Assembly (NCBI RefSeq): GCF_028641065.1 | Contig: NC_073400.1 | Coordinates: forward strand, 32,054,001-32,118,000 | Length of the DNA stretch: 64,000 nt | Direction of reading: 5' to 3' | From: Leucoraja erinacea | Lineage: Eukaryota | Shown: positions 49,777 to 62,610 of the stretch, piece after piece | How the letters are laid out: the number at the start of each line of letters is the position of its first letter | Position numbering within the stretch: the first letter of the stretch is position 1 | Notes under the pieces: generated by a model | Databases searched by the model: none | The model's input: only the letters and a program-made list of their open reading frames with translations | What the model was told of the DNA's origin: nothing | Position numbers and translations under genes: made by a program

Positions 49777-52456
49777 ATCAGAAAAAGTGACATGGCCTAG
49801 TTAAAACTTTGGTATAACCTATAAAAAATACTAAATACTACTTTATTAAGTTCTAAGGACTAAAAATTAGGAGAATGCAAAACAAGCCCAATGTGAATAA
49901 TTTAAATTATATTTAAGTTTCAGATTCATCGAGTCAAACAGGATGGAACTCGGCTTTTCGGCCCATCTGCCCATGCGACCTGGATGCCCTATCCAAGGAA
50001 GTACTATTTGTCTGTGCCTCGCCTACATCCATCCAAATCTTTGCTATCCATGTACCTGTCCAATAATAGACACAAAAAGATGGATTAACTCAGCAGGTCA
50101 GACAGCATCTCTGGAGAAAAGGAATAGGTGATGTTTTGGATCTCGCCCCGAAACATCAGCTATTTCTTTTCTCCAGAGATGCTATGTGACCCGCTGAGTT
50201 ACTCCAGCTTTTTGTATCAATCTTCAGTATAAACCAGCATCTGCAGTTCCTTCCTACCTGTCCAATGAGAATTCCATAAACCTACCACCCTTTGTGTGAA
50301 AAATTAGCCCCTCAGGTTCCTATTGAATCGTTCTCTCAAGCCTATGCCCTTTAATTCTTGATTCACCTACTTGGGAAAAAGATTCACCCGATCTAGTCCA
50401 CTCATGATTGTGTACACCTCTATAAGATCACCAACAGTCTTCTGATAACAATCTTCACTGTCTAAGATACCACCTATTTTGATGCCATCTGCAAACTTAG
50501 TAATCATGCCTTGAACATTTCCATCCAAACCTTGAAATATAAAATAAAGACCATATAGAATATGCCTACCGCTCTGCCCTCATCAACCTATGTGATTAAT
50601 TCTTCAAAGATCTCTACTAATTTTGTGAAATATGATCTCCCACACACAAAACTATGCAAACTATCCCAAATCAATCCCTGTTTTTCCAAGTGCATGTATA
50701 TATTAATACTCGGAATCTTCTCCAGTAACTTTGCTACCAGATGATAGGCTAATCAAGGTTTTTCATTGTAGCTTTTTCTAAATAGAGGCACAACATGAGT
50801 CACTCTGCAGTCTTCTGACACCTCACCTACGTCTATGATGATAGATATCTCAGCTTGCACTCTATCTTCCCAGTGCCATTGGATATACCTGATCAGGCCC
50901 AGGAAAATGATCTGCCTTCATACGCCTTTGCTTGTCGTCCACCTCCACACTGTGATATGGACTGATCACAAGACATCCCATTATTTTTCCCAAGTTCTCT
51001 TGTCTTCATGTCTTCCTCTGTGGTTAAAACATACAAGAAATGTTCATTGAGGACATCGCCCATCCCCTGCGGCTCTACACGTAGATGATCACTTTGTTTG
51101 CTGGGAGGCCTTATTCTCACCCTGTCTACCATTTTCCCTTATACTTATGTAATCTATTTCCTTTCTCAATCTTATGTGTCAGAGGTTTTGCATGCCACCT
51201 TTTGCCTTTCTTAAATGTACTCTTCAATTCCCTATGCCTCTTTAAGGATAGACTTGATGCCAGCTGTCTATACCTGAGCTATGCCTCCTTTTTCCTGAAC
51301 AGTTTATCTCGTCATTGAGGCTTTCATACTCTTAACTGCCTTGCGCTTCGAGAGCATGCATACTTAGAACTCTTACTATAACACCTAAAACCATCCCACT
51401 TTTTAAAAGTGCCTTTGCTCACAAGCAACTTATTCCAATTGTCTTTTGCAAGTTCTTGTCCAATATCAACCACATTGGCTTTGCCCCAATTTCGAAGTTC
51501 AGCTTGTGGACTCGCCCTATCCTTCATGAACACAATTGAGGAGAAAGTTTGTTGATTGGCTTTTTCATTAAACTAACCAAAGGGTAATTTGAATAGTATT
51601 ACTGAGAACCACAGTACAAATGTATTTGGAAATTTCCACCTTACTGAACATTATCCTATTTGAAAAATTCTTAAATCAGCTAGCATTTAGAAAATTCATA
51701 TTCTCTGTAACAAATATATTAGATAAATGTGCTCTTAATAACCTCCATTTTCCAATTGACAATTGCTCCTGAAGTCACTTATTCCAAGCTACATCCTTAG
51801 GAATTCTAACCTTGTTCAGCCATGAAGTCCAAACACCGGGGACATAGGTTTAAGGTTAAAGGGGAAAGATTTAATAGCAGTCTAAGGGGCAACTTTTCCC
51901 ACCGACATGGTGGTGCATATATGGAACTAACTGTCAGAGGATATAGATGAGGCAGGGACTTTAAAAACATGTAAAATACATTTGGTCAGGTACATGGAGG
52001 GGAGAGGTTTAGAGGGATAGGGGCCAAACATGGGCAGGTGACAATAAACAATAGGTGCCAGAGTAGGAGATTCGGCCCTTCGAGCCACCACCACCATTCA
52101 CTGTGATCATGGTTGATCATGACTAGTGTGGTTGGTCAGCATGGGCAAATTGGTTCAAAGGGCCCGTTTCCGTGCTGTATGAGCCTTTGACAAACTTAAG
52201 CCAAAATGTACTTTTAAATATATATTGGCAGGATTTTTCATGTAATAACTTCAATGTTTTATTATTCATTGATGCTGTGTTTTTAAAAAACAATTGTGGG
52301 TAATTATATTATACTGCCTTGATAAGGAAATGTTCTCCATTTTACATAACTTATATTTTGTAGTCTGGTACGTTATTTTAAAAAAATATTCTGTTCAAAT
52401 GCATTATATTCCAATCAATTTAATAAACTTATCCTTTTTGTACTCACAGATTGTTT

Positions 52457-52798
52457 TTTTTTGTTGTTTATTTTATTAGAAGTTAATACAGTACAAAACA
52501 GTACAGTGGAACCTAATTTTAGGTGCCAACTATGTCATACCGTAATCCATTCTATGTATAACCTCTAGTTTTATGTTATGAAAAGGAAGTAAGCAAGACA
52601 AGAAAAAGAAAACAATAGAAAGAGGAAAAAGTGGAAAAATAGATGGTAGATAGTAGAAAAACGTGAAGTGTGTATATAAAAAATTAAAAAATAAACAAAA
52701 AGTAGAAATAGAAGAGAAGGCCCCTTAAAAGAGAATTTTTCAAATCTGTATTTGGAGATGTAGATCTATCCACGTCATGAACGGAAATCAGCAATCTT
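52457..52798 (-). mobile_element. 5'-truncated polyA retroelement 3' end (L1/Tx1-like), 16-bp TSD
   Basis: TACTCACAGATTGTTT at 52441-52456 and 52799-52814; A-tail and AATAAA on minus; empty paralogous site ~35850. Confidence 0.8.
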
Positions 52799-55189
52799 TA
52801 CTCACAGATTGTTTAACGAGTGTGGTATCAGGTTGGACATAATTATCGGTTTCATAGAAAGAATAATGCAAAATAAAGCATATAGCACAGAAGAAAGGCC
52901 TCTTTGGCCCAGCTCATCTATCTAACTAAAAAGCATTTCCCCGCATTAAGCCAATAGACAATAGACAATAGGTGCAGGAGTAGGCCATTTGGCCCTTCGA
53001 GCCAGCACCTTCAATGTGATCATGGCTGATCATCCCCAATCAGTATCCCGTTCCTGCCTTCTCCCCATATCCCCTAACTGCCTCCGCCGCCCTCTGAGGC
53101 AGAGAATTCCAGTCTACAATCCCACAATCCTCATTATATCTGTTCCAAATGCTTTTTAAACATTTTAATTATATCTGAACCCATCCAACCCCTGGCAGCT
53201 TTTCACTACCTTCTGGGCAAAAAAAACTGACCTCTCAGTCCTTTAAATTCCTCCTGTAGACGGCCTTACACTGGAGATAAAATTCCAACTACCCCAATGA
53301 TGTCCCTCATCATATAAACCTAAGTGAAGTCACCCCAACCTAAGTGAGGTTCCAGTAAGAATATACACAGCCTTTCTAATCTCTCCTTGTAACTACAGAA
53401 TTATTATTAAGAGTTCTATACAATGAGCACCCACAGTAAGCCTCGTGGGCAGCACAGTAGAGTTGCTGCCTTACAGCGCGTGCAGCTCCAGAGCCCCGGC
53501 TTCGATACCGACTACGGCTGTCTACAGAGTTTGGACGTTCTCCCATGCGTGGGTTTTATCATATACAATTTCCTCCAACACTCCAAAGACATACGGGTTT
53601 ATAGGTTAATTGGCTTGGGCTTCTCCCAGAGCGGGGCCAAGAAAATTGAAGATGGACACAAAATGCAGGTGTAACTCAGCAGGACCGGCAGCATCTCTGG
53701 AGAGAAGCAATGGGTGACATTTCAAGTCAAGACCCTTTTCAGACTGAAGAAGAGTCTCGACACGAAACATCACCCATTGCTTCTCTACATTTTCAAATGA
53801 CGTCACGCGCTCCAGACGGCTGTGCGTATGCATAAATCTCGCGCGACCGTCGCGGCTCAACGAGGCCGCGTAATTTGCGTGCCAAGGACACATAAGTGGG
53901 ACAGGCCCTTTACTTTTCCACATACCACTCGTAAGTCTGGAGATTTGTTTAATGATAACTAGCTTCAGAAGCGTTTTCTTTTTGCATGTAAAAACCCACT
54001 TCAGAACCATAGGCGATTTAAAAAATTTACACTTCTGAGACTTTTTAGATACCAAAGGAATCAAGAAAAAACACAAATAATGCCATACTGTTGATGAAAT
54101 GCAGTGAGCAAACGCGACAATTCCCAATATTTTCAATTTCGATATCTGCACGGCCAATGTTCGCCAAGCTGTTGTTTTCCCTTCAGCTCTCGCTTCTCTT
54201 TACCTTCATTTCGTTTCACCTTTGGAATTCTGAAGTTGGGTACATGTCTCTCACGTTTACCCCGACTTCCACAATTCTTCACAGCGCAAAAAATTCACCA
54301 TTTTGGCGATTTTTAGCAGGTAGGAAAGTACGCGTTTTGTGTGTTAATAACATACCAGAAGCTGCGATGTCCTCCAGATGGATTGAGCGGCTCTGTGCGT
54401 CAAACCCTATGACCCGGTGACCTTACGTGCAACCCCCCTATACTGAAGAAAACTCTAGTTATGATATGGTTGCACCCAAATCTGCTAAAGCTGACTTCTG
54501 ACATGTTTTGGGTAATGTTTGATCAATTGTGATCCAAGGAAGGTGACTGGAGAAGGTACACATCCTTTCCCTACCCTTGAGGGTAGCAGAACGTCTAGTA
54601 TTACTACTACAAACTAAGGACGGGACAGATGAGACCAGGACAAGTCAAATGTGTTACACTGCAACTGAAACGGAACTAATACTTTGCAAAGGAACAATGT
54701 GATGATTTTGGAGAGAGTTTAGAGCAGCTTGGCAGTGTGAGTAAGAATCCGAGAGGAGAATCCGTTGGGATAGACTGGAAACATAGTACGCGAATAATAG
54801 GCAATGGAACCAAAAGCAACCAGGAACTGGGGCAGAGCATGGAACCCCATTAAAATGCTCAATTTAAAGACTGCATATAAATGCTCACTGCATCTGCACC
54901 GTTAGATGGAGACGCAAAGAATTGCAAATGCTGGAATCTCAGCAAAACAAAAAGTGCTGGAGGAACTCAGCGGGTCAGGCAGAATCAGTGGTGGGAATGT
55001 TCAGATGTTTGGGGTTGGGACCAAAGATACTAGAGGAGCTCCTCGAGTATCTTTGGTTGGGACTCTTCTTCAGACTTATTTAATCTGTTTACGTCACTGC
55101 GGTTTTATTATTGGTATATTATAACTGCCGAAGATACAAGTGGGTGGTTTTTTTTTTGAGATAGTGAAAAGATGTTTGTGTAAAAAGGC

Positions 55190-55380
55190 GGTTGTAGACC
55201 AGTTGACGACGACGACGACGACGACGCCGCTTCTTCCCGGCCGCCGCTGCGCATGCGCGGCACAGGGTGTGTGCGCGTCCCGCCGGCTCTGCGCACGCGC
55301 CGGGTTTTGGCGGGAGCGGTGGATGTCCGCCGGCCGTCGAGGAGGAGAGGCGCGAGCGGCCGGTGCCCGCTGAGGAAACA
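55190..55380. promoter_or_regulatory. Duplicated CpG-island fragment (NRF1-type motif) directly upstream of chitinase unit 3
   Basis: Near-identical to 9441-9545 and 9752-9838; TGCGCATGCGCG 55248-55259. Confidence 0.7.
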
Positions 55381-55422
55381 GCGAATATAATAATAATAAC
55401 ACTGCATCAAAACGCTGGAACA

Positions 55423-58400
55423 ATGTTTGGCCTCTTTGGTAAGAATGTTTTTTTGAAAATAACTAAAAGTAAGCGTTGAACAAATGACACATACATTATC
55501 TTCGGTGTAAACCAGCAGCTGCAGTTCCTTCCCTCCCACACATACAATTACATGCTGCTGCAGAGTGTGAACTTTTGGTGGCGTTCTTAGCTCCACCAAA
55601 CGTTCAGTGACAAAGTAAATGGACAAACGAAGGCAACACAACGAATATTTAGTTTATTTGTATAGATAAGACTTTGCCTTCCATCATTCACAGTGAGGAG
55701 GAGATTCACTGTGACTGTGATGGATGTTTGTGTAAATTGTGTTGTGTATTGGTTCTTTTTCTTGTGTGTATGACTGCAGAAACCAAATGACACAAATAAA
55801 TTGCATTGTAGAAGTGTCTATACTGCTATACATATTAGATCCATAGATTAAAGCTCCAGTTTTGTGAGTGAAATGCAACTGGAACCTTAGTTATCCTTCT
55901 GAGAGTCCCCATGGCCACAGTCAGGTTCAGTGGAGACAAGTAGTGGATATGTAATGCCTGTAGTTTTTTAATGTTTAGTTTGGAACGTAGATATTATTAG
56001 CAAGCGTGATATTTGTTGCCCGTTGTGTTACCCTAAGAAGGGAAGGTCATAGATGGTTTTGGTCAAGATGAAAAGCTGTCCCTTTCAGGTCAAATTTCCT
56101 GAATACTGCAAAGAGACTTCAAATGTTTATTATGGAGGGATATGGGTTATGTGCAGGCAAATAAGTGATGGTCTTGGCATCATGTTCGGCAGAGACATTG
56201 AAGGCCGATCAGCCTGTTCATTATGTTTATCTACTGTGCTTATTTAAAAGAGACAATTAAAACTCTCATCAGAGGAGAAGATTTCCCTCATTCCAGCCAT
56301 TCCTGGAAGAGAAGTTGCAGTAAATTACATGGAATTAAAAAATAAACCCCAAAGAACTCCAGAGTGTGGAAATATTAAACAGTAACTGCTGAAGATGCTC
56401 ACCAGGTCATGGAATATCTTTGATAAAAGAAACATTTAACATTTCAGATCCCTGACCTTCACTCAGAACTTGTCCAGTTTTTCCCCATGTGCAAAAAAAA
56501 AATCAAGTCTTGTCTTGTTGAAAGTGATAGGCTGTTGATTACATTGTGGATTGGTAAAATCAACATAACATATTTTCTGCTTATTTTTCTCCTTTGTTCT
56601 TTTAGGACTCGTCATTTTATCTCAATTGCAACTTGGTGAGTCACAATATTGCTCGCAAATGCAAAACAGTGCTTCATACCTCAACGTTCTTTTTTCTTAG
56701 AATGTAAATGGTTAAACAATAAACTCAGAATCTGCATATTGGACAGGTATTTAAATATTTATGGGAACATTTTAAAACAGTACGCATTGTTTAAATAATT
56801 TTAGTAATCGTCAAAAAATAAGTGGTTATGTTGAACAGAAGAGATCTTATGTAAAATTTTAATCGTTGTAGAGAAAACACAGGTTAAATACTGATTGATT
56901 TTGCTGTCAACTGCATAAATATTGTACTACATTTATTTTTTAATATTTCCATTTTAGGCAGTAATTTCAAACTTGTCTGTTATTTCACAAATTGGGCACA
57001 GTATAGAACTGGGATTGGTCGTTACATGCCTGAGGAGATTGACCCTTTTCTGTGCACCCATCTGGTGTATGCTTTTGTCAAAATGGATACAAATCATAAA
57101 GTTATGAAAGTCGAATGGAATGATGAATCGTTGTACAAAATATTTAATGATCTGAAACTGAAGTGAGTAAACATGCATTCCTTATAGTTATTTTCCAAAA
57201 TAAAAGTTGCAACTCGTGTCTTTTTCCCATATCAAACATTATCTTCTGTACTTCTATTGTTCCTCTTAAATTCCTTATGTTTTCAAAGTAGGGGTAAAAG
57301 TGCTGTTTAATATAGAACACGTTTTTAATGTTTCTGACTTTCCTGAATGGGAAGTCATTTATGCAAGAATTTGTAGAGTTACCCAAAAATCATCTTGAGC
57401 AGTATCTCTACGCTGTAATTTGAAAAAGTAGACAATAGGTGCAAGAGTAGGCCATTCGTCCCTTTGAGCCAATACCACCATTCAATGTGATCATGGCTGA
57501 TCATCCCCAATCAGTACCCCGTCCCTGTCTTCTACTTATATCCCCTGACTCTGCTATCTTTAAGAACCCTATCTAGCTCTCTCTTGAATAGAGAGAAAAC
57601 TAGATAGGGCTCTTAAAGATAGCGGAGTCAGGGGATATATCTTGAAAGTATCCAGAGAACTGCCCTCCGAGGCAGAGAATTCCACAGACTCACAACTCTC
57701 TGTGAGAAAAAGTGTTTCCATTTGTGAGAACAAGTAATAATCAGATAAAATAATAATCAGTGCTTTCTTTTGGGATGGTATAAAAACATAGAAAATAGGT
57801 GCAGGAGTAGACCATTCAGCCCTTCATGCCAGCACCGCCGTTCAATATGACGTGTTGGGGAAACGGGTGAGTGGTGGAATATTGCGTTGGACGACCAGGC
57901 ATCTCGTGTGACGGACCGAACAGGTCTAGTCTCTCTCTCGCTGTCTCTGGCTCTCTCGCACTCTCTCTCTCGCTGGCTACATCTGTCTAAGTCTGTCTCT
58001 GTGTCTAAGTCTGTCTCTGTGTCTAAGTCTGTCTCTGTGTCTAAGTCTGTCTCTGTGTCTAAGTCTGTCTCTGTGTCTAAGTCTGTCTCTGTGTCTAAGT
58101 CTGTCTCTGTGTCTAAGTCTGTCTCTGTGTCTAAGTCTGTCTCTGTGTCTAAGTCTGTCTCTGTGTCTAAGTCTGTCTCTGTGTCTAAGTCTGTCTCTGT
58201 GTCTAAGTCTGTCTCTGTGTCTAAGTCTGTCTCTGTCTACGTCTGGCTCTATCTCTCTATCTCTCTCTGGCTTTATGTCTCTGTCTGTCTCAGCGATACA
58301 AGTAAGATTTTAAAACAGCATTTTACTGCTACTCTGGGCCCGTGGGGATGTGGCGCTGGGGCTCGGGTTGGGGCTGCGGGGATGGGAAGAGACCGGTTGG

Positions 58401-60994
58401 GGAGAGGCAGTGCCGATCGGAGGCCTGGGCGCTGAGCCTAGCTCTGAGACCGACGGCGCAGCTGGCTCTGGGCACGCATGGACGGAAAGGAGCGACACCC
58501 TCGAGACCTGTGGAGGTGAGGAGGGAGTGTGTGGAGAGAATTGAGGGAGAGGAGTGGGTAGGGAGGGACAGGGGGGAAAGTAGGGGAGGTGAGGAGGTAG
58601 AGTGGGGGAGGAAGGGGAATAGAAGGAGAGGAGTGAGGGAGTTAGGGAGTGGGAAATACCTGGGGAGGTGACGAGGGAGCGAGCGGGGGGATTGAGGGAG
58701 AGGAGGGGTTAGGGAGGAAGTGAGGGGGGAGGGGGGGAATAGAGGGTGAGGGAATGGAGGGTAGTGAGGAGGGATAGTGGAGGAGGATAGGCGGAGGTGA
58801 GGAGAGGGGGGATAAGGAGTTATGGAGAAAGGGAGAGAGTGACCGAGGGTAGGGGAAAGGAGAGGGAGGGATTGGGGAGGGGAAAGAAGAGGGGGAGGGA
58901 GCGCTGGGGATGAGGGAAAATTAGCTGCGCCTGCGCAGTTGGGGGGGGGGCTATGCGTGAGTGGTGGAATCCGTATGACAGGGACCCAACAGGTCTAACT
59001 TAATCTAGTATTGATTAAAGGTGTGCACTGGTACCTTTCTACCAAATAGGGGCTGGTAATAATTTCTGGGAATGATAGTAAATCTATTAATTACTTTTTA
59101 ATTTATCTACTAATATTGCTAATTAGGGAAGTAGATTTGCATGATACAATTTCAGTTTTGAATTCAGAGGTAAACTTTCAATCTGGGAATTGAAAAGAAT
59201 TCAAGATAAACCAATAATGGGTTTGAGTAATTCTCAAGATCTGCAAAGATACTGGTTGTTTTCATGTGCTGTTGGGATAAAAGAGACTTGAGGCACATTT
59301 TGGGTTGGCAGAGACCTGGGGCTCATTTTGATTATGGGTACAGCATGGAAACAGGCCCTTCAGCCCACTAAGCCAACCATGGATCACCCATTCACACAAG
59401 TTCTATGTTATCCCACTCCCTACTTATTAGGGGCCATTTACAGAGTCCGAATAACCTACAAACTCACATGTCTTTGGGATGTGGGAGGAAACTGGAGTAT
59501 CTGGAGGAAACCCACTCAGGGAGAACATGCAAAACACACACAAACACACTTGAATATAGAATAGAATAGAATAGTTTCTTTATTGTCATTGTAACATGAG
59601 CCATGTACAATAAAATTTAAAAATGTCAGCCAGTCAGTGCACCATTCAAACATTTCTAAAAGCTAACGATACATACAAGGTAAAATATTAAAAGATAAAC
59701 AACTAAATAAATATCACGAAAATAGCACGCATAAACACCCAACCCTATATATTGAAAATTATTTTATTGCTTGAAGGAATACCAAGTTGAAGACACTGCT
59801 GGCAATAGGAGGGGCAACTTTTGGTTCTACACTGTAAGTATGCATTCATGCACATTAACAAACTATATAAATGTAACAGATGTCAAGTATTCATAATATT
59901 TTTCTGTAAAAGATTTTAAATATATACCACTAGAGAGGTCAAAATCATTGAAGTAGCTCGGTCAGAGGACTGGAGGTCCCATTTATGTTTGCGGCAGACT
60001 TTTATTTTTATTATTTTTTTTTTTTACTATTATTTTTTTTCTAACTTTCTATCCCAGTGCATGTGTTGCAAACTAACCGTTTCTCTCTTCTACCCAACTC
60101 TCCCCAACCCAATTACTGTTGAGCTCGGGTTTAAAGCACTTTGAATGTGAATACTTAGGGTTTGGGTGGGGAAGGAAGGGGGAGTCGATGTGAAACGGGT
60201 CGTACATAAAGTTGTGAAATCGGAATCAAATAGGATCCATTTTTTCAATCATCCCTCCCCATGTCTCAGTTTTACAAAGCATTATATGAGAGCAGGTTAT
60301 TATCAAATTATAACAAAGTAATAATAGTAAGCTGCAGCCGGGACTATTTTATCCAGCTTCATCCATGATCTTATTTAATTCCTTCTGAAATACTTGAGGA
60401 GAGGGTGGATGCAATTAAAGTGGTGGCAACTGAATCCATCACTGATCTCCCTTTTTCATACATTGTCTGAATGAAGCAGGTATCTGAACAGATCTAGTGC
60501 TAAATTTAGAATCAAATTTACAGTTTTCGTATAATGCCATTTAATAAGGGAGACCGAGAGCTAACCACAATTATGCTTAATGACAGCTTATAGTATTAAT
60601 CAATTTAAAAGTAGTTGTTTCTTATTTACCTAGCATTTATATTTCAAAAAGTATGTATTAAACCACAGTCTGCATTTTTGTCTGGAAAATATGTAATTTT
60701 ATCTAATTACATGTATTTTTCAATCAAATATGTCACCAACATAAGTTTGTTTACATTCTTACAAATGTCAATTAAATAATTTGACCAATTCTTATTATTT
60801 CCTTCTCCCGCTCTGGGTTCTCCCTCAGCTTTAATAGCATGGTGTCTACTCTGGCAAATAGACAAGGATTTATCAATTCTGTGATTAGTTTTGTGAGGAA
60901 GTACCAGTTTGATGGTTTTGATCTGGATTGGGAATATCCAGGTTCCGCTGGAAATCCAACAGAAAATAAACAGCGTTTCACAGCATTGGTAAAG
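55423..60994 (+). CDS. CHIA-like: GH18 chitinase unit 3, exons 1-5; continues beyond window
   Basis: Exons 55423-55438, 56606-56635, 56958-57162, 59777-59833, 60829-60994; [56 protein letters not shown]. Confidence 0.92.
56606..56635 (+). CDS. Chitinase unit 3 exon 2
   Basis: [11 protein letters not shown]; 30 bp. Confidence 0.88.
56958..57162 (+). CDS. Chitinase unit 3 exon 3
   Basis: [10 protein letters not shown]; 205 bp. Confidence 0.95.
57850..59008 (+). mobile_element. Helitron-like element, 3' part
   Basis: GGGACCCAACAGGTCT hairpin then CTAG|T at 59005-59009; G-rich interior like 45033-46253. Confidence 0.65.
57984..58235 (+). repeat. 18-bp minisatellite, 14 copies (TGTCTAAGTCTGTCTCTG)
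   Basis: Directly visible; source of the SKSVSV ORF. Confidence 0.95.
59777..59833 (+). CDS. Chitinase unit 3 exon 4
   Basis: [18 protein letters not shown]; 57 bp. Confidence 0.92.
60829..60994 (+). CDS. Chitinase unit 3 exon 5 (DGFDLDWE)
   Basis: 166 bp, AG/GT. Confidence 0.95.
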
Positions 60995-61629
60995 GTAAAT
61001 AAATCTATATTCAGATTAAATTATGTTAAATGAGCAGTGCTGCTTGATTATTGATTATGAAGTGTTATTAATCTTATGACAGTGTGTGCCATTTTTAATT
61101 TTAACTTACAGATTAAATTGTTCAAATATAAATTATTATTTTGGTAAATGTCCCAGATTTGTTTGTACCAAGTAATGCACTTTGGGACGTCCAATTGTAG
61201 TAGGACATATAAAGTAAATGGGAAGACCTCAGGAGTGTTGGCAGAGGGATCTTGGGGTAAAAGAACATAGCCTAGAATGTGGTGAAACAGGTGTATAGAT
61301 AGTGAAGAAGACATTTGGTATGGTTGCCTGACGGGAATTGATGGCTTTGTGGCCAAGTTTGAGGATGATGAGAAGGTAGGTGATGGGAGAGGTAGTGTAG
61401 AAAAAGCAACAAGCCTGCGGAAGTACTTGGGCAAGTTGGGAGAGTGGCAAAGAAGTGGCAGGTGTAATACAGCGTAGCAAAGTGTGTAGTCATGCACTTT
61501 AATAACAGGAATAAAGGCATAGGTAATTTTCTAAATGGTTAGTGGATTCGGAAATTGGAGGTGCAAAGGGACTTGGGAGTGGTGGTGCAAGATTCCCAAA
61601 AGATTAATTTTACAGGTGAATTGATAGTA

Positions 61630-62610
61630 ATGAGCCTGTCCCACTTAGGTGATTTTTCAGCGGGCTGCCGGCGACTGGCAAGTCTCGTGCGCACAGACAC
61701 AGAGACACACACCCACACACACATATCTTCCTTCACTAGCCAGTTATGCAGGCGCGGGGCAGGGCAAGCAGGGGCAGCACTGTAAAAAATTGACACGGTA
61801 CAAAGCCAAGGGGATACAGACACACACTGCAATGAACAGGAAGGTTGGCGCAGTAATGAAGACATAGAAACATAGAAAATAGGTGCAGGAGTAGGCCATT
61901 CGGCCCTTCGAAGCCTGCACCGCCATTCAATATGATCATGGCTGATCATCTAACTCGGTATCCTGTACTTGCCCTCTCCATACCCCCTGATCCCTTTAGC
62001 CACAAGGGCCTCATCTAACTCCCTCTTAGATATAGCCAATGAACTGGCCTCAACTACCTTCTGTGGCAGAGAATTTCACAGATTCACCACTCTGTAAAAA
62101 ATGATTTTCTCATACTCCAGGTGTGGTCTCACCAAGACCCTGTACAACTGCAGTAGGACCCCCCTGCTCTTATACGCAAATCCTTTTCCTATGAATGCTA
62201 ACATACCATTCGCTTTCTTCACTGCCTGCTGCACCTGCATGCCTACTTTCAATGACTGGTGTACCATGGCACCCAGGTCTCGTTGCATCTCCCCTTTTCC
62301 TAATCTGCCTAATCAGACGAAATTAAGTCTCTTAAAAGATAGGGGAAGAAGGAGTGGAGATAACTTTCAAGAAGCCAGAGATACACGGGTGTGAAGCTCG
62401 GCGGACATTTCACATTACCGGTCGGTTATCCTTGGTTCTGAAAACTACTGCTTACCTTTTTTTCCCAGTGAGCCAATGAAATTCACCGGTCAGCACCGGC
62501 TACAACCTATGAGAACCTCCAACCTCCTGGCCACCCATTATGACATCTTGGAGACTCGCGTGCGGCATGTGAATTCTCGCGACTCTCCATGGCAACTTCA
62601 TTCTAATCGC
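61630..62610. mobile_element. Harbinger-like non-autonomous fragment with nested CR1
   Basis: GCCTGTCCCACTTA terminus, inverse copy at ~53893-53908; CR1 piece ~61863-62305. Confidence 0.45.

Noticed and set aside
53449-53620. tRNA-like sequence
   Set aside because: Head of an HE1/V-type SINE; no complete cloverleaf.
54137-54420. Signal-peptide-like MFAKLLFSLQLSLLF as chitinase exon 1
   Set aside because: No counterpart upstream of unit 1; 55423-55438 is conserved and has a strong phase-1 donor.
57984-58235. Regular repeat as CRISPR array
   Set aside because: No spacers; eukaryotic context.
57887-58435. 182-aa ORF with SKSVSV repeats
   Set aside because: Translation of an 18-bp minisatellite in a Helitron-like element within an intron.
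17711-60994. Inactive chi-lectins or OVGP1 orthologues
   Set aside because: All three retain DxE and no mucin-like tail is present.
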